From Podarcis gaigeae (taxonomy: Eukaryota), in assembly GCA_964106915.2 (NCBI GenBank), contig OZ066920.1: a stretch of 64,000 nucleotides of DNA; one strand, 5' to 3'. Position numbers and translations under genes: made by a program. Shown in pieces: positions 1 through 10,920 of the stretch. Position 1 is the stretch's first letter, and every line of letters starts with the position of its first letter. Below the pieces are notes generated by a model. The model was not told where the DNA came from. It searched no databases and saw nothing but the letters and a program-made list of their open reading frames with translations.

Positions 1-124
1 GCTCATCGATGGCCAGAATGAGCTGTATCAAATCACCATCAGGAACTTCCAATTTGTTGGAGGAGAGGAGAAATTTTAAGTCTCTTAAAAATTTCTGTTG
101 GGGAGTAGTCAAAGAACTGCCCAT
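1..124 (-). CDS. gag: Retroviral Gag N-terminus (matrix), betaretrovirus-like ERV; runs off the window edge
   Basis: Hand translation from ATG at 124: MGSSLTTPQQKFLRDLKFLLSSNKLEVPDGDLIQLILAIDE. Has the Gly2 myristoylation start and resembles MMTV/MPMV-type matrix. Lies downstream of an LTR, PBS and splice donor. Confidence 0.85.
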   Translation of the reverse strand, partial: MGSSLTTPQQKFLRDLKFLLSSNKLEVPDGDLIQLILAIDE

Positions 125-363
125 GTTTCTAAAATCAATATAAAAGGGATCAAACTCACCAGGGATCTTTTTTTAAAGATGTATAAGCGCTTTGAAATCC
201 TTGCCGGACGTGGTGAGCCGATGATATCCACTGCTTGGATCGAAAGTCCTCTCACAGTGTCTTTTAAAATCCTCTTAGTCTGCCTCAGACTGTTTCCTTT
301 AAGTTGCTTCTCTCGGTTCTCTTTGAAGTTTGAAGTCAGTCTCACACTGCTTCCTTTAGCCAG
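109..363 (-). CDS. Putative pre-gag (leader) ORF of the ERV, 84 aa, non-AUG (CTG) start
   Basis: Frame is stop-free from 435 to the stop ending at 109. In-frame CTG at 363 has A at -3 and G at +4. K/R-rich with a hydrophobic C-terminus. Overlaps gag by 16 nt in another frame. Confidence 0.4.
   Translation of the reverse strand: MAKGSSVRLTSNFKENREKQLKGNSLRQTKRILKDTVRGLSIQAVDIIGSPRPARISKRLYIFKKRSLVSLIPFILILETWAVL
154..162 (-). promoter_or_regulatory. Probable ERV major splice donor
   Basis: Minus-strand CTG|GTGAGT about 35 nt upstream of the gag ATG, the usual position of a retroviral major donor. Confidence 0.6.
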
Positions 364-400
364 CCTCCTTTCTTTTAAGTTTTCCTCTTCTTTTAATTGA

Positions 401-418
401 GCCTCAGAGAGGGCACCA
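401..418 (-). promoter_or_regulatory. Primer-binding site complementary to elongator tRNA-Met
   Basis: Plus strand 399-418 GAGCCTCAGAGAGGGCACCA matches the 3' end (with CCA) of vertebrate elongator tRNA-Met(CAT) as I recall it. It starts 2 nt after the LTR's terminal CA. Confidence 0.85.
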
Positions 419-420
419 CT

Positions 421-743
421 TGTTGGAGCCTGCCGTTACAAGTGGCACTTCTTTAGGGTAAAATAAAGACCCAGAAAGCCAGTAATATTTCCATAATATG
501 AGAGGGCAGCTCGTTCATGCTTCTTCTCCTCTCCGGTCACTTTTTATTGTCCTTTGTTCTGTCCATCCGCATGGCCGTTTGCCAATCTCATGTTACCTAC
601 ATCCGGCCAAGCTTTTATTGCTCCCCATCGCCATATAGGGTCATTACATTCCAATGCATTGTAAAGCTCAGAGTGCTGGTCACGAGGTCCAGAGGTACCC
701 TGCATCATTTACAAACCTCTGCCATGGCTTTATGACTCCCACA
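421..743 (-). mobile_element. 5' LTR of a betaretrovirus-like ERV (323 bp)
   Basis: Minus strand starts TGTGGGAG and ends CTCCAACA (imperfect terminal inverted repeat). Two CAATAAAA motifs (TATA-like near 613-620, polyA-like near 543-548). Directly followed by the PBS. Confidence 0.85.
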
Positions 744-1189
744 AGAGCTTCCTCAGTCATGTGTTCTGTTGCATCTTGAAAGCCATCTCCATTCACTAAG
801 GAGTTTAAGATATTCAGTGAGTTTGTATAAAGTAACCTCCGTCAGCTGTTTCTGTCAACCAGTCAGTCCTCAACCAGGGCTGGTAGCAGGATGCACCAAA
901 ATTAGGTGGTTAACCTCTGTAAGCAGATGCTATGGGAGTGAGACAATGAGATCCCATCTCACATATGGAAGCATGCTTTGAGGTCCTCAGATCGTGGGTG
1001 AAATATTAAATTACTCCTTGTCTATTTCTTTAGTACTAGGGGAAACACTTTTTGTCATCACACCCCCAGAGAAAACTCAAAATCACATCAGCCCCAGCTA
1101 AAATGGTCAATAGTCAGGAATTATGGGCATTGTAGCCTCTCAATATCTGGAGGGCCACAGGTTAGCTACTACTAACCTGTAAATTTGCC

Positions 1190-1325
1190 CAGTGCTATTT
1201 TCCTAGAAAAAGAGGTGCCGGAACTCACCATGAACACATCCCTTGTTCTCTTAGAATGCTAATGGTGCCCACCTGAAAGGTGCTGGAACTGAGTTCTGGC
1301 CAGTTCTGTCTGAAAAAAAGCCCTG
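1190..1325. mobile_element. hAT-type MITE
   Basis: CAGTGCTATTTT...AAAAAAGCCCTG termini; near-perfect 8-bp TSD AATTTGCC/GATTTGCC. Same family as 18358. Confidence 0.7.
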
Positions 1326-2842
1326 GATTTGCCAGTTATTATTTCAACACCTCAGAAAAAGATCCCCTCCAACTCATCCCCATTTTTCAGTTGAGTCCAA
1401 AACATAGAGGTGTGTGGATATTCCCACTCGTGCAACACGCCCTTCACTAGTTTTGAGTGAAGAAAGCCACACTGTCAGTGTCATGAGTCACACATTCAGG
1501 GCTGCATTTTCAAGTAAGGCATTCTTCTTAATTTAATAAATCCACATAGGCACACATACACTTGAATTTACCCCCTGTGGGTGAAAATGTTAATCAATTT
1601 ATTCCTTAATCAAATATTAAAAGTGAGAGTTTTTAATTGCAGCTATCCCCTGTGTGTGGCTGTTCAGTGCTGATAACATTATGTTGTAAGCAAACAGTAT
1701 ACATTTCTTGACTTGGGCAATAGGTTAATAAGTTTCCCCATATTCTTCCAGTATTATTTCCGGCACAGTCCTAAAAGTTGTTGCACTCTAGCAATAGATC
1801 TTTGGATGAAGTGTATAGCTGCCCTGAACCAGCTAAAAGGTGATCCATGAGACCAGGCTGTTAATCAGAATAAACTTTCATTTAGAAATTCACACTATTG
1901 GAAAACTCTAATCAGTTAAGCAACTGCTTAATTAAAAGAAAAAAAGTTAATCAACTGAAAAGTGATTAATCAGTCCATTTTTTATTTTTTTCTTTATCGA
2001 TTCCTTCCCCTCTAAATCCATATTTTCTTCATCTTTCTTATTGCGGGACATGAAGATTTGCTAGTTTTCCCAGTCTTCTCACCTGAGTGCAACTATCTCC
2101 CAGATGAAGAACAAAACTTGTTCCACCATCAATGTCTGGTATTGGCATTGGGTATTACTCTTCCATAGTTACTGTGTCTCAGAATAGCAGAGAAAATAAA
2201 ATTATTTCAATATGTTAAACAAAAAGGAAAAGGGTGGAAAACCTGTGTCCCTCCAGACATAGAGAGGCACAACGCACAACACCCCAAACAACTGTCCATC
2301 AATTTACACATGGCGTTACAAGGAGGAGGAGCTACCATTGTGTTTGTATCAATGGCTGTCACCCAGTTATGTTCATTTTCATATGAATATAACAGTGTAT
2401 AACTAAAAACACACATTAATTATGGATGGATGCATGTCATCATCTTTGAAGAGACATTCACTCCGTTCTAAGGGAGAAATTCTGCTTTTGATAGCTTCTG
2501 CCATCCACAGTTATTGTAAGTGTTTTTAACAACCACAACTTATTTGAAACATCTGCTTCCAGATTGAACAGGGTACCTTTTTTTCAGGGCAAGCCTATGC
2601 ATGCTGATCTGTAAGTAAGCCCATTGCAAATGTGCGTGTGTACGTGTTCCAAATGTTTTTGGAATATAGTTGCCATCAGCACCCTCAGTCAGCATGGTCA
2701 GGGATGATGGGAGTTGTTGGTGAACATCATGTTGGTTCCCCTGTTGTATATGATTGCAGCCCTAATGGATCGTTTTAAAAATCTGTTGACTAAACAGATT
2801 GACTAAACACTGCAGCCCTAGAGAATCCTAGTGTGACAGCAA

Positions 2843-2844
<2 letters not shown>

Positions 2845-2880
<36 letters not shown>
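2845..2880. repeat. (GT)n microsatellite
   Basis: Direct observation. Confidence 0.98.
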
Positions 2881-2882
<2 letters not shown>

Positions 2883-5104
2883 AATGTGAGGGAAAGAAGT
2901 TCAGGCCTACATTTTGAAATAATTCATCCCACACATTTCTGATGCCAGTGGTACTAGAGCCAAATAACACAAGCTCCAAATGATTGCAATGAGATGAAAT
3001 ATTATCGCTCCTTCTTCTTAGCACAACAGTTTGACAGAAAAGTGAATTTGCAATTGGTACCATTTACTGTATTCATTATAATTTGTCATGAGTTTGAGGT
3101 ATAACTTTTTCTGCCTCATCTGTTCTCTGAAAGGTAAAATAAATGGTACTGCTTTGACCTTTTTTAGTATTCTGCAATTTGATTCGCTTGCCATTTCCAT
3201 CCTCCCCTGTTTACAGTCTCCACAACTTGTGACTGGAATGGACCGTCACTCAAAACAGAATACTGAAAAGGTCATTGAAGTACCATTTACTGCACATTTT
3301 TCTCTGAACTCATGGAGTATTTAAGTCTGTGATCTTGATTTTGGTGACAGATTGCCATGAAATCAGGGGCAGGGGTGGGAAGTCATGATCTGTTCCCTTT
3401 TGTGACAACAGTTGTGACAGAAGAGTAAAAAGGTGTAGCTGCTACAGTGCTCATAGCAATCACTCATATTTTCAGTTATTTATTCTTTTGTTGAAGTTCC
3501 TGGCTTGGATTAAATTCAGGAAATCCTATTTTGTTACCTTCATCTTTGGTTTACTAAAATAGTAATTGGAAATCTGGTGGGACTTTATATTTTATGGTTC
3601 AAACAACAACCTGCACAACTCCTTACCTGCACAAAGAAATATAGCTCTCCTAATTTATGTTTTAGGTTAATATTCATACACAGAGTTCTATTTACCACTA
3701 TTGTATAAGCATATCTCTGATGACTCTCTGTGCTTTTGGGTTGAGAAATTAAATAAATAAATTATTATTATTATTATTAAAAATTTCAATTGAAATCTAG
3801 ATGAGGAACAGGAATAAATTTTGATCTTCTTTTAAAATGAACAATACTAACAGGAGAAACATGGTTTTATAATTAGGAATCTTTAAGATGCAATTCTAAA
3901 CCCACTTAATAGAGCATTAATTTGAATTTAGTGGAACTTACCTCAGAGTAAACATGCACAGGATGGTGCTACATAACCACAATTCCTTGTCCACAACAAC
4001 TGAATGAGAAAATGAGGTGTTTCTTTCCCCCATTCAAAACAAGCAAGAGTCTTGTTATTTGTTCTCATGTTCAGATATCTTTTTCTTCTTGCAAATCTAA
4101 CATAGTGCAGAGCCACAGGATGAAAGAGGGTATATTCATTGCTGTCTTGAAAAGTCTGAGAAAACAACAGCAACGGCAGATGACATGGACTGTGATGTTA
4201 CCCTTCACATGTAAATAAAGTGAGAACCTGTGGTATTCTAGGTACTAAAGCTGGGATTTGCTTGAAAGCTGAATGTAGCTTCCCATTTGTCAGCATTGTT
4301 CTGTGGATGATTAGATCTAAAATCCAAAACCTGAACTGGGTTTTACTAATTACTAATTCTTGATTTTAAAAATCCTTCTCCGTTTCATATGTGAGAAGAT
4401 CTGTCACTTTACTATAGCACTTCAGTTGCAATGATCAAGGATTCTCAGTCCATGTTATTCTTGGCATGAAAAGGCCCCTAGCAGTACATTTTTGGTAGGC
4501 TATTTTTTTTTAAGAGCAAAAATCTTTTGAAACATTCTTCTGTTCAAAACAGACTGCAGATGCTGACCTTCAGGGTTATGCTATGGAGTCCATCTATTAG
4601 AGTAGGCTTTTTCTCTCTGAAGATGGGTTGTTCTGCCTTGTGTGACAGGACAATGGGTAAAGGACTTCAAACCAAATTGTTCTTCTATCTGATGTTTAAG
4701 CACTGAAAAGTAAGGTCTGGGGGATAGAAGTTGGGTTGCTTTGGACTGCTGGGATCTGTAAGTTCTCTAGTCTTGTGGTTCACAATGTATATTGAGGGGC
4801 TCAAATCTGCTTGTTTCAGTGATGCATATATCTCTAACTAGCCTACTTCTCAAAATGAAACACTGGGCAGTAGTAAGCGTACAAATATGATATCACATTT
4901 TGTGAGCCTGCTTCTACAAATGAGATATGAAAGGGATTTTGTGGTGATAACAACAGTCTCTGAGATAAATTATGAATAACACTGGAGCTCTGCCTGAGAG
5001 AAGGCTAATTGAACACTGAAATTCATTATCAGTAATTCTGGGTTGGTTCATACACAGGCTTATTATATGGATAAAGGGATAAGCTTGGATACCAGTGTCC
5101 AGAT

Positions 5105-5476
5105 AATATATCTGCACAAACGAAAGCATAGTTTCAAATGTTTGGGGATGCTTTTTGAGGAACAGTTGAAGGAGCTGGATATGTCTAGCCTGGAAGAGAG
5201 GAGACATGACAACCATCTTCAAATATTTAAAGGGCTGTCACATGGAAGATGGAGCAAGCTTGGTTTCAATTTTGAAATATTTTCTGACAGTAAGAGCTGT
5301 TCAAAAGTGAAACAGACTCTCTCAGGAGGTGGTGGACTCTCCTTCCTTAAGTAGAGCTTGGATGGCCATCTGTCATTGATGCTTTAACTGAGATTCCTGC
5401 ATTGCAGGGGGTTGGACTAGATGACTCTCAAGGTCCCTTCCAACTCTACAATTCAATGATTCTATGAATCTATGAC
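5105..5476 (+). mobile_element. CR1 LINE 3' fragment
   Basis: Degenerate ORF2 tail (EEQLKELDMSSLEERR) plus 3'UTR GGGTTGGACTAGATGAC..GGTCCCTTCCAACTC and an (ATTCTATG)-like tail. Confidence 0.85.
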
Positions 5477-5813
5477 AGAAGAGCTCCTTCAATTTATGGA
5501 AGAGACTGAGATCCTGTGGAGCCTTTCACTGGAAGAAGATGGTTTCTACATATTCCCTCTTCCTCCTTTCAACCTCCAGAGCCATCTCCTGTGCTGTTCC
5601 AGAGGTTTCCTTAACTCTCCTAAGCAGCTTTACAAGGGTGCAGGAGGAAGGAAGAAAATATGGAAACCACTCCCCCCTTGCTCCAGTGGAAACATCCTGT
5701 GAGTAGACCTCCACTCATGTTGAACTCTGATTGCAAAGCATTTTGATGGGAAGTACATTCTGCTTTCTATTTTGGGTCATATCTGGACAGGAAAAAAACT
5801 TGCCAGATAAGGC

Positions 5814-6346
5814 TGTCAGGCGTGGACCGGCAGCCGGCTTGATAACAGCACACAAGATATAATTAACTGGTAGATTTATTGCAAGCAACAATTACAGTGG
5901 TACCTCTGGTTACGAACTTAATTCGTTCTGGAGGTCTGTTCTTAAGCTGAAACCGTTCTTATCCTGAGGCGCACTTTCACTAATGGGGCCTCCTGCTGTG
6001 CGCGCCCCTCCAGCGCACGATTTCCATTCGCATCCTGGGGCAAAGTTCGCAAAGTTCTAGAAGCAGCTCCTTACGGGTTAGCAGAGCTCGTAACCTGAAG
6101 CATTTCGTAACCAGAAGCGTTCGTAACTCAGACCGCTCTATCGGAGCGTCCATTCATAACAGTCAAGTTACTCTTCTGAAGAGTCCTTCTGGTTTCTGCA
6201 GAATATCCTGAACTTCCGACCCTTACGTTTTAGGGCTTGTTTTCTTTCTAGGACTTTCCCTATTCACCCGGTTTTGGGGCTAATGGTGTTAGTTGCCTCC
6301 TCTTCCTGTGAGGAACTGTTCACACTCCTTTGTGCCCGGCATGACT
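5814..6346 (-). mobile_element. Solo LTR-like element (TGTCA...TGACA family) interrupted by a MITE
   Basis: Start TGTCAGGCGTGG is the reverse complement of the end of the 34105-34594 element. Right end uncertain, no TSD seen. Confidence 0.5.
5895..6132. mobile_element. Truncated pogo/Tigger-like (Tc1-mariner) MITE
   Basis: TA|CAGTGGTACCTC terminus and an internal body related to 51641-51882; right TIR missing. Confidence 0.8.
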
Positions 6347-6699
6347 GTGCTTCTTGCAAGAGCTGGCTGCTCTCCAGCCTGCTCTGCCAAAGCAGATAAA
6401 CAGGGTTCCTGCCAGCTCCCAAAAGAGGAGCGGTTGACAACCCCCCTGCTCCAACTGTCTGAGAAATATGCAAGCCTCTCTGCTCTCTCTGCATCTGCCT
6501 GCTGTCTATTTCAGGCAGTACATCTTGGCTTTCGGCTGGCATGTTCACGACAAAGCCAGGTGGGTTGCTGTTGCTTATTGGGAAGGGTTAAGATAGCAGA
6601 CAAGTGGCAGCCAATCTGGTGCTCCTGCTAGTGTGCTTGCACCACGCTGACCTCCGCCCTGCTTCACTCCTTCCTCTCTGGTAAGCAACAGTGACTCAC

Positions 6700-6893
6700 C
6701 TGCTACAAGGAAATGGATTTTGGTTCAGCAGCTCAGCAATGGACTGATCAGCTGAACGGCCATGGGAAATCACCAAACGTTTGTCCCCGTGGGTTTTTAA
6801 GGAACTTCTCGAAAGCTGATTTCGATGTGATATAGCCAATCTCAGGGGTGGCCTAAGCAATACTTCCATCTACGACTCTATAAATCAGCCAAC
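6700..6893 (-). CDS. Candidate host exon containing a start codon (unidentified gene)
   Basis: Acceptor ttttgtgctgcag|G at 6893, donor CAG|gtgagt at 6700. ATG at 6869 is open to the donor: MEVLLRPPLRLAISHRNQLSRSSLKTHGDKRLVISHGRSADQSIAELLNQNPFPCS. CpG-richer than the flanks. Confidence 0.4.
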
Positions 6894-7785
6894 CTGCAGC
6901 ACAAAATAGTCAATATAATTTTAGCTCAACTGGAGTTAACATAATGAAGAGACTATTGGACTATGGATTTGGGGGGCAGCAGGAAGAGCAGTGTGCTTTT
7001 GCTTGCATTTTCTCATTGCTAGGCATTTCTCATTATTATGCTTTTCTTCACGCTTCTAAAAGTCATACAGTTTTTGCTTTGGCTATGAAGTTGTAACATT
7101 ATTATTGTAATATGGAATCAAAAAGGTCTCATTCCCTCCACATTCCCTACCCACTCAGCATTGGATAGCCTGAGAGCACAGTCCTATATATGTCTACTCA
7201 GTAAGCCCCACTGAATTAATTGGAATTTATTCTCAGAAAACTGGGCATAAGATTGTTGTAGCTCTGGACCTGTAGCTCAGCAGTGGTCAACAGACCTTAA
7301 TTTTAGCTTTCTATCTGAGACAAGCAGTTTTAAGGAAAACTAATTATGAATAGGGATAGGTATGTGTATTGAAAGAAAGCATTTCTTAGCCATAGCCTGG
7401 AGTTTTATTAAGTGCATCCCTGTTGACATATAGGATTGATCTGAATTATTCACACAACTTATTTAGGCAGCAGTCATATACCCACTGGCCTGAACTTTTG
7501 TGAAGCTCACTGCTGAGCAGACATGAACAGGATGGCACTGTTTAGTGAGAAGTGATTCCTACTGATTTCAGTAAGACTTACTTTTAAGAAAGCACATTAA
7601 ATGACTTAAAAGACAGCCAAGTCATTCTTTTTCCCAAATCAGATACAAGCTGGTTTGGAGGGAAGACACCTCAAAATGTAGTATTTCATTAAAAATGACA
7701 GGATAGATGTGGATTGTGGTTTGACATTGTGTGTACACAGATTCCTATGTTGGCTATTTGCAATTTAGTAGCACTGCAGAGAGCT

Positions 7786-8094
7786 TGTTGGGGAGACCAT
7801 GCATTAAAAAGGGACTCAAAAATAACTTAAACAAGGTTTTAATAACAATACACTAAATACATCAACAACAAACCAGACCCAACCACCAACCCATCCCCCA
7901 GGGTAATGGGAGAGCTAGGTGCTGCTCTTTATATACTACATCCAATTGCTGACACAGCTTAATTAACACAACCTAGCAGCCCCTGCTATGTTTCACAGCT
8001 GTAAGATTGGGTCTCGTTATTTGCCCTGGCCCTGGCCCTTAAAGACATACACAACTTGTGAAGCAATAATGAACCTTCACATGACCATTCAACA
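7786..8094 (-). mobile_element. Possible solo LTR
   Basis: TGTTG...CAACA termini with minus-strand TATATAAAG and ATTAAA motifs; no TSD match. Confidence 0.4.
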
Positions 8095-8864
8095 TCCTAA
8101 ACCAGTAGGGGGATGTAGAATAAATGAGAGTATGTACACAGCCTAAGATTGATGCCAATTTGAATGTAAATGAATCTAGAACCTTCAGAAAAGACTTCTT
8201 TTTATTTTTAAACCTTATGTCAGAGATTCACAGTGTTTGCTTGCAAGTCCCATGTAGCAAAGAAGAAGGGGGGGAACCCTAAAATTTATTTTATTTTTTC
8301 CCCTAGGGTGAATGTTAGTTTTATATTGTCATTCATCATGGGAGTGATGTGTTGAAATAAGGCCATATTTCATTTTGTTCTATCAGTGCAGTTGTAATGG
8401 GAACATCTTTGACTCAATTCCCCATTTTAATGGAATTGTGGTTACCCTCTATCTTGAGGTTTCAAAACTCACTTCATGCTCACAATAACTCTCAGACTTG
8501 ATGATGCTAGCTACTTTTTATTACGCTATTCAGTATAAAATATTACGACAAAAGCTAGGCTATTAATACTGCACATATCACCTACAGCCTAGGTAATTTT
8601 GGCACCAAAGCTCTTTTTCATCTCTGCACATTTCCAGTGCTCAAATGCTGAAACACCAAGGAGAATAAATAGCTACTTTAAAAGTATACAGAAAAGTACA
8701 TGGATGGCATGCAAGCAGTATCAGTATATTACAGGAGAAAATGTCTGACAAGATTACAATGCAGATGAAATTTAAAATGCACTACAAAACATAGCTTGAA
8801 GAGTATGGGCCCACCTTACTTTGCCTGGTGTTTACTGTAAGCTTTTGCTCTATTATGATTTATT

Positions 8865-9270
8865 ATTATATTTATTTATATTCCACCATTTTCTCAAACT
8901 ATGAATCAAGGCAGCTTACAAGAAAAAAAGAACACAGATAAAATACAGAAAGCAAAAAGATAGTATCTAAAATGTGATTAAATAATAAAATGATTTTAAA
9001 ATATATATAAAAACAAATGAATTAAAATACAGATAGTGCTGTGCTGCTTTTACTACCAAACACTACTTCCTTAAAAACTTCTTTAAAAACAGTCAGTTCC
9101 CCAAAGCCTGTTGGAATCAAACAGTCTTCACCTGCCAGCAGAAGGACGACAAGGAAAGAGCGAGTTTAACTTCTCTAGGAAGCGAGTTCCTAAATCTGGG
9201 AGCAGCCACTGATGGGCCTCTCCCATGTCCCCACCAATCATATCTTTGAGGGTGGTGGGACTGAGAGCAT
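8865..9270 (-). mobile_element. Old L2-type LINE 3' fragment
   Basis: TTTATATTCCACC..AAGGCAGCTTACA 3' motif and a degenerate antisense ORF2 C-terminus similar to 56845-57240. Confidence 0.6.
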
Positions 9271-9676
9271 AGTTGCCTAATGATTCTTATGTTAAATATT
9301 CAGGATAAACTTCCTTGGAAAAAACTATTTTCTTCTATGGAATTAACAATAGGAGATTCCCATGAATCCTTCCACATACTTTTTTTTTTTTTAAGTGGCT
9401 GTGTGGGCCCACTGACACCACACACCACCACCATATTCCCCTAATGCAGCGTGTGGAATGCAGCGTGTGTACATATGTACACATATAGAGCTCCTCCAGA
9501 TGAGGACCAATTAGTGATGGATGTGGCTAGATCACAGCCTGGCAACCCCAATTTGTGAATTTTCTCAGTGCGTGGAGGGGTTGGTGTAAATTCATTCTTG
9601 CCACTAATTAGAGGCAAACCCCTAAAATTGAGTTCAGAACTGCACATTACAGAAAGCATGGGGTTGCCAACAAAAC

Positions 9677-9677
<1 letters not shown>

Positions 9678-9736
<59 letters not shown>

Positions 9737-9751
9737 TTGTTGTTGTTGTTG
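9678..9751. repeat. (AAT)n followed by (TTG)n microsatellite
   Basis: Direct observation. Confidence 0.97.
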
Positions 9752-10230
9752 TAAAAAACAGAGACATCACCTTACCAACAAAGGTCCGTATAGTTAAAGC
9801 CATGGTTTTCCCAGTAGTGGTATATGGAAGTGAGAGCTGGACCATAAAGAAGGCTGATCGCCGAAGAATTGATGCTTTTGAATTATGGTGCTGGAGGAGA
9901 CTCTTGAGAGTCCCATGGACTGCAAGAAGACCAAACGTATCCATTCATAAGGAAATCAGCTCTGAGTGCTCACTGGAAGGACAGATCGTGAGTCTGAGAC
10001 TCCAATACTTTGGCTACCTCATGAGAAGAGAAGACTTGCTGGAAAAGACCCTGATGTTGGGAAAGATTGAGGGCACAAGGAGAAGAGGACGACAGAGGAC
10101 GAGATGGTTGGACAGTGTTCTCAAAGCTACGAACATGAGTTTGACCAAACTGCGGGAGGCAGTGGAAGACAGGAGTGCCTGGCGTGCTCTGGTCCATGGG
10201 GTCACAAAGAGTCAGACACGACTAAACGAC

Positions 10231-10264
<34 letters not shown>
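9752..10264 (+). mobile_element. Bov-B (RTE clade) LINE, 5'-truncated, with (AAC)n tail
   Basis: ORF 9802-10233 (MVFPVVVYGSESWTIKKADRRRIDAFELWCWRRLLRVPWTARR...AWRALVHGVTKSQTRLND) is the characteristic Bov-B C-terminus, frame intact. Confidence 0.95.
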
Positions 10265-10266
<2 letters not shown>

Positions 10267-10730
10267 GGTTGGATCCAGAGTTTGTGCATGTGAAACTCCA
10301 CTTACTAGACACTCCCACCAAAGGAAAGGGGATGGATTTTTGCCGGTTCCTCTTTCCATTTGCTGTCCTCTGTAGCCCTCAGTAATCCAGGAGGAGACCC
10401 TCCAGAACAGTGTGGGAGGTAGCTTGGGGTGGAAGGAGAGATATGGCAAAAATTGCTTCCCCCTCCATCTTCTTGTGGAAGCTTCCACTGAATTGTACCA
10501 AAATATATGATGATAAGAGTGTGAGTCATAAATATTTGTGGGACTTGATTGTGCCCTAGGCTAGGGATTAGCCACACCTGCTGTAGGAGAACACCTGTAC
10601 AACTGTTTTTGATAGAATGATACATTTTAAATGCTTGGTGCTGTATATGAAAAAAGAGATAGGCAAATCCAACCTTGCTGTTAAATTGTTGTTGTTTTTT
10701 GCTCCTCAAGGAACCGCAGGATGAAAAGGA

Positions 10731-10920
10731 GAAGGGATGTAGCTCCATGGTAGACAACTGCTTTTCTTGCAGAACGTACCTGGTTTAATCCCCAGGATCT
10801 CTAAGTACGGCTGGGAAATCTACCATGTCTGAAACCATGGAGAGCGGCTACCAATCAGTGTAGAAAATACAGAGCTGGGTAGACCAATGCATTACTCTAC
10901 CTCAGTATAAGGCAGCTTCT
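10731..10920 (+). mobile_element. Old tRNA-derived SINE
   Basis: A/B-box-like head (TAGCTCCATGGTAGA..GGTTTAATCCCC) and AAGGCAGCTTC tail. Related copies near 13265-13425 (-) and 50962-51480. Confidence 0.6.

Noticed and set aside
124-363. True in-frame glyco-Gag
   Set aside because: The leader ORF is out of frame with gag, the gag frame has a TAA at 175-173, and I see no canonical slippery heptamer joining the two frames.
399-418. tRNA-Met gene
   Set aside because: Only the 3' 20 nt including CCA are present, next to an LTR end; this is a PBS.
6264-6631. Overlapping 94-aa and 112-aa ORFs
   Set aside because: No recognisable domain, partly inside an LTR-like repeat, no supporting splice structure.
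9441-9944. 167-aa ORF with poly-Tyr/Thr
   Set aside because: Antisense of Bov-B plus the (AAT)n microsatellite.
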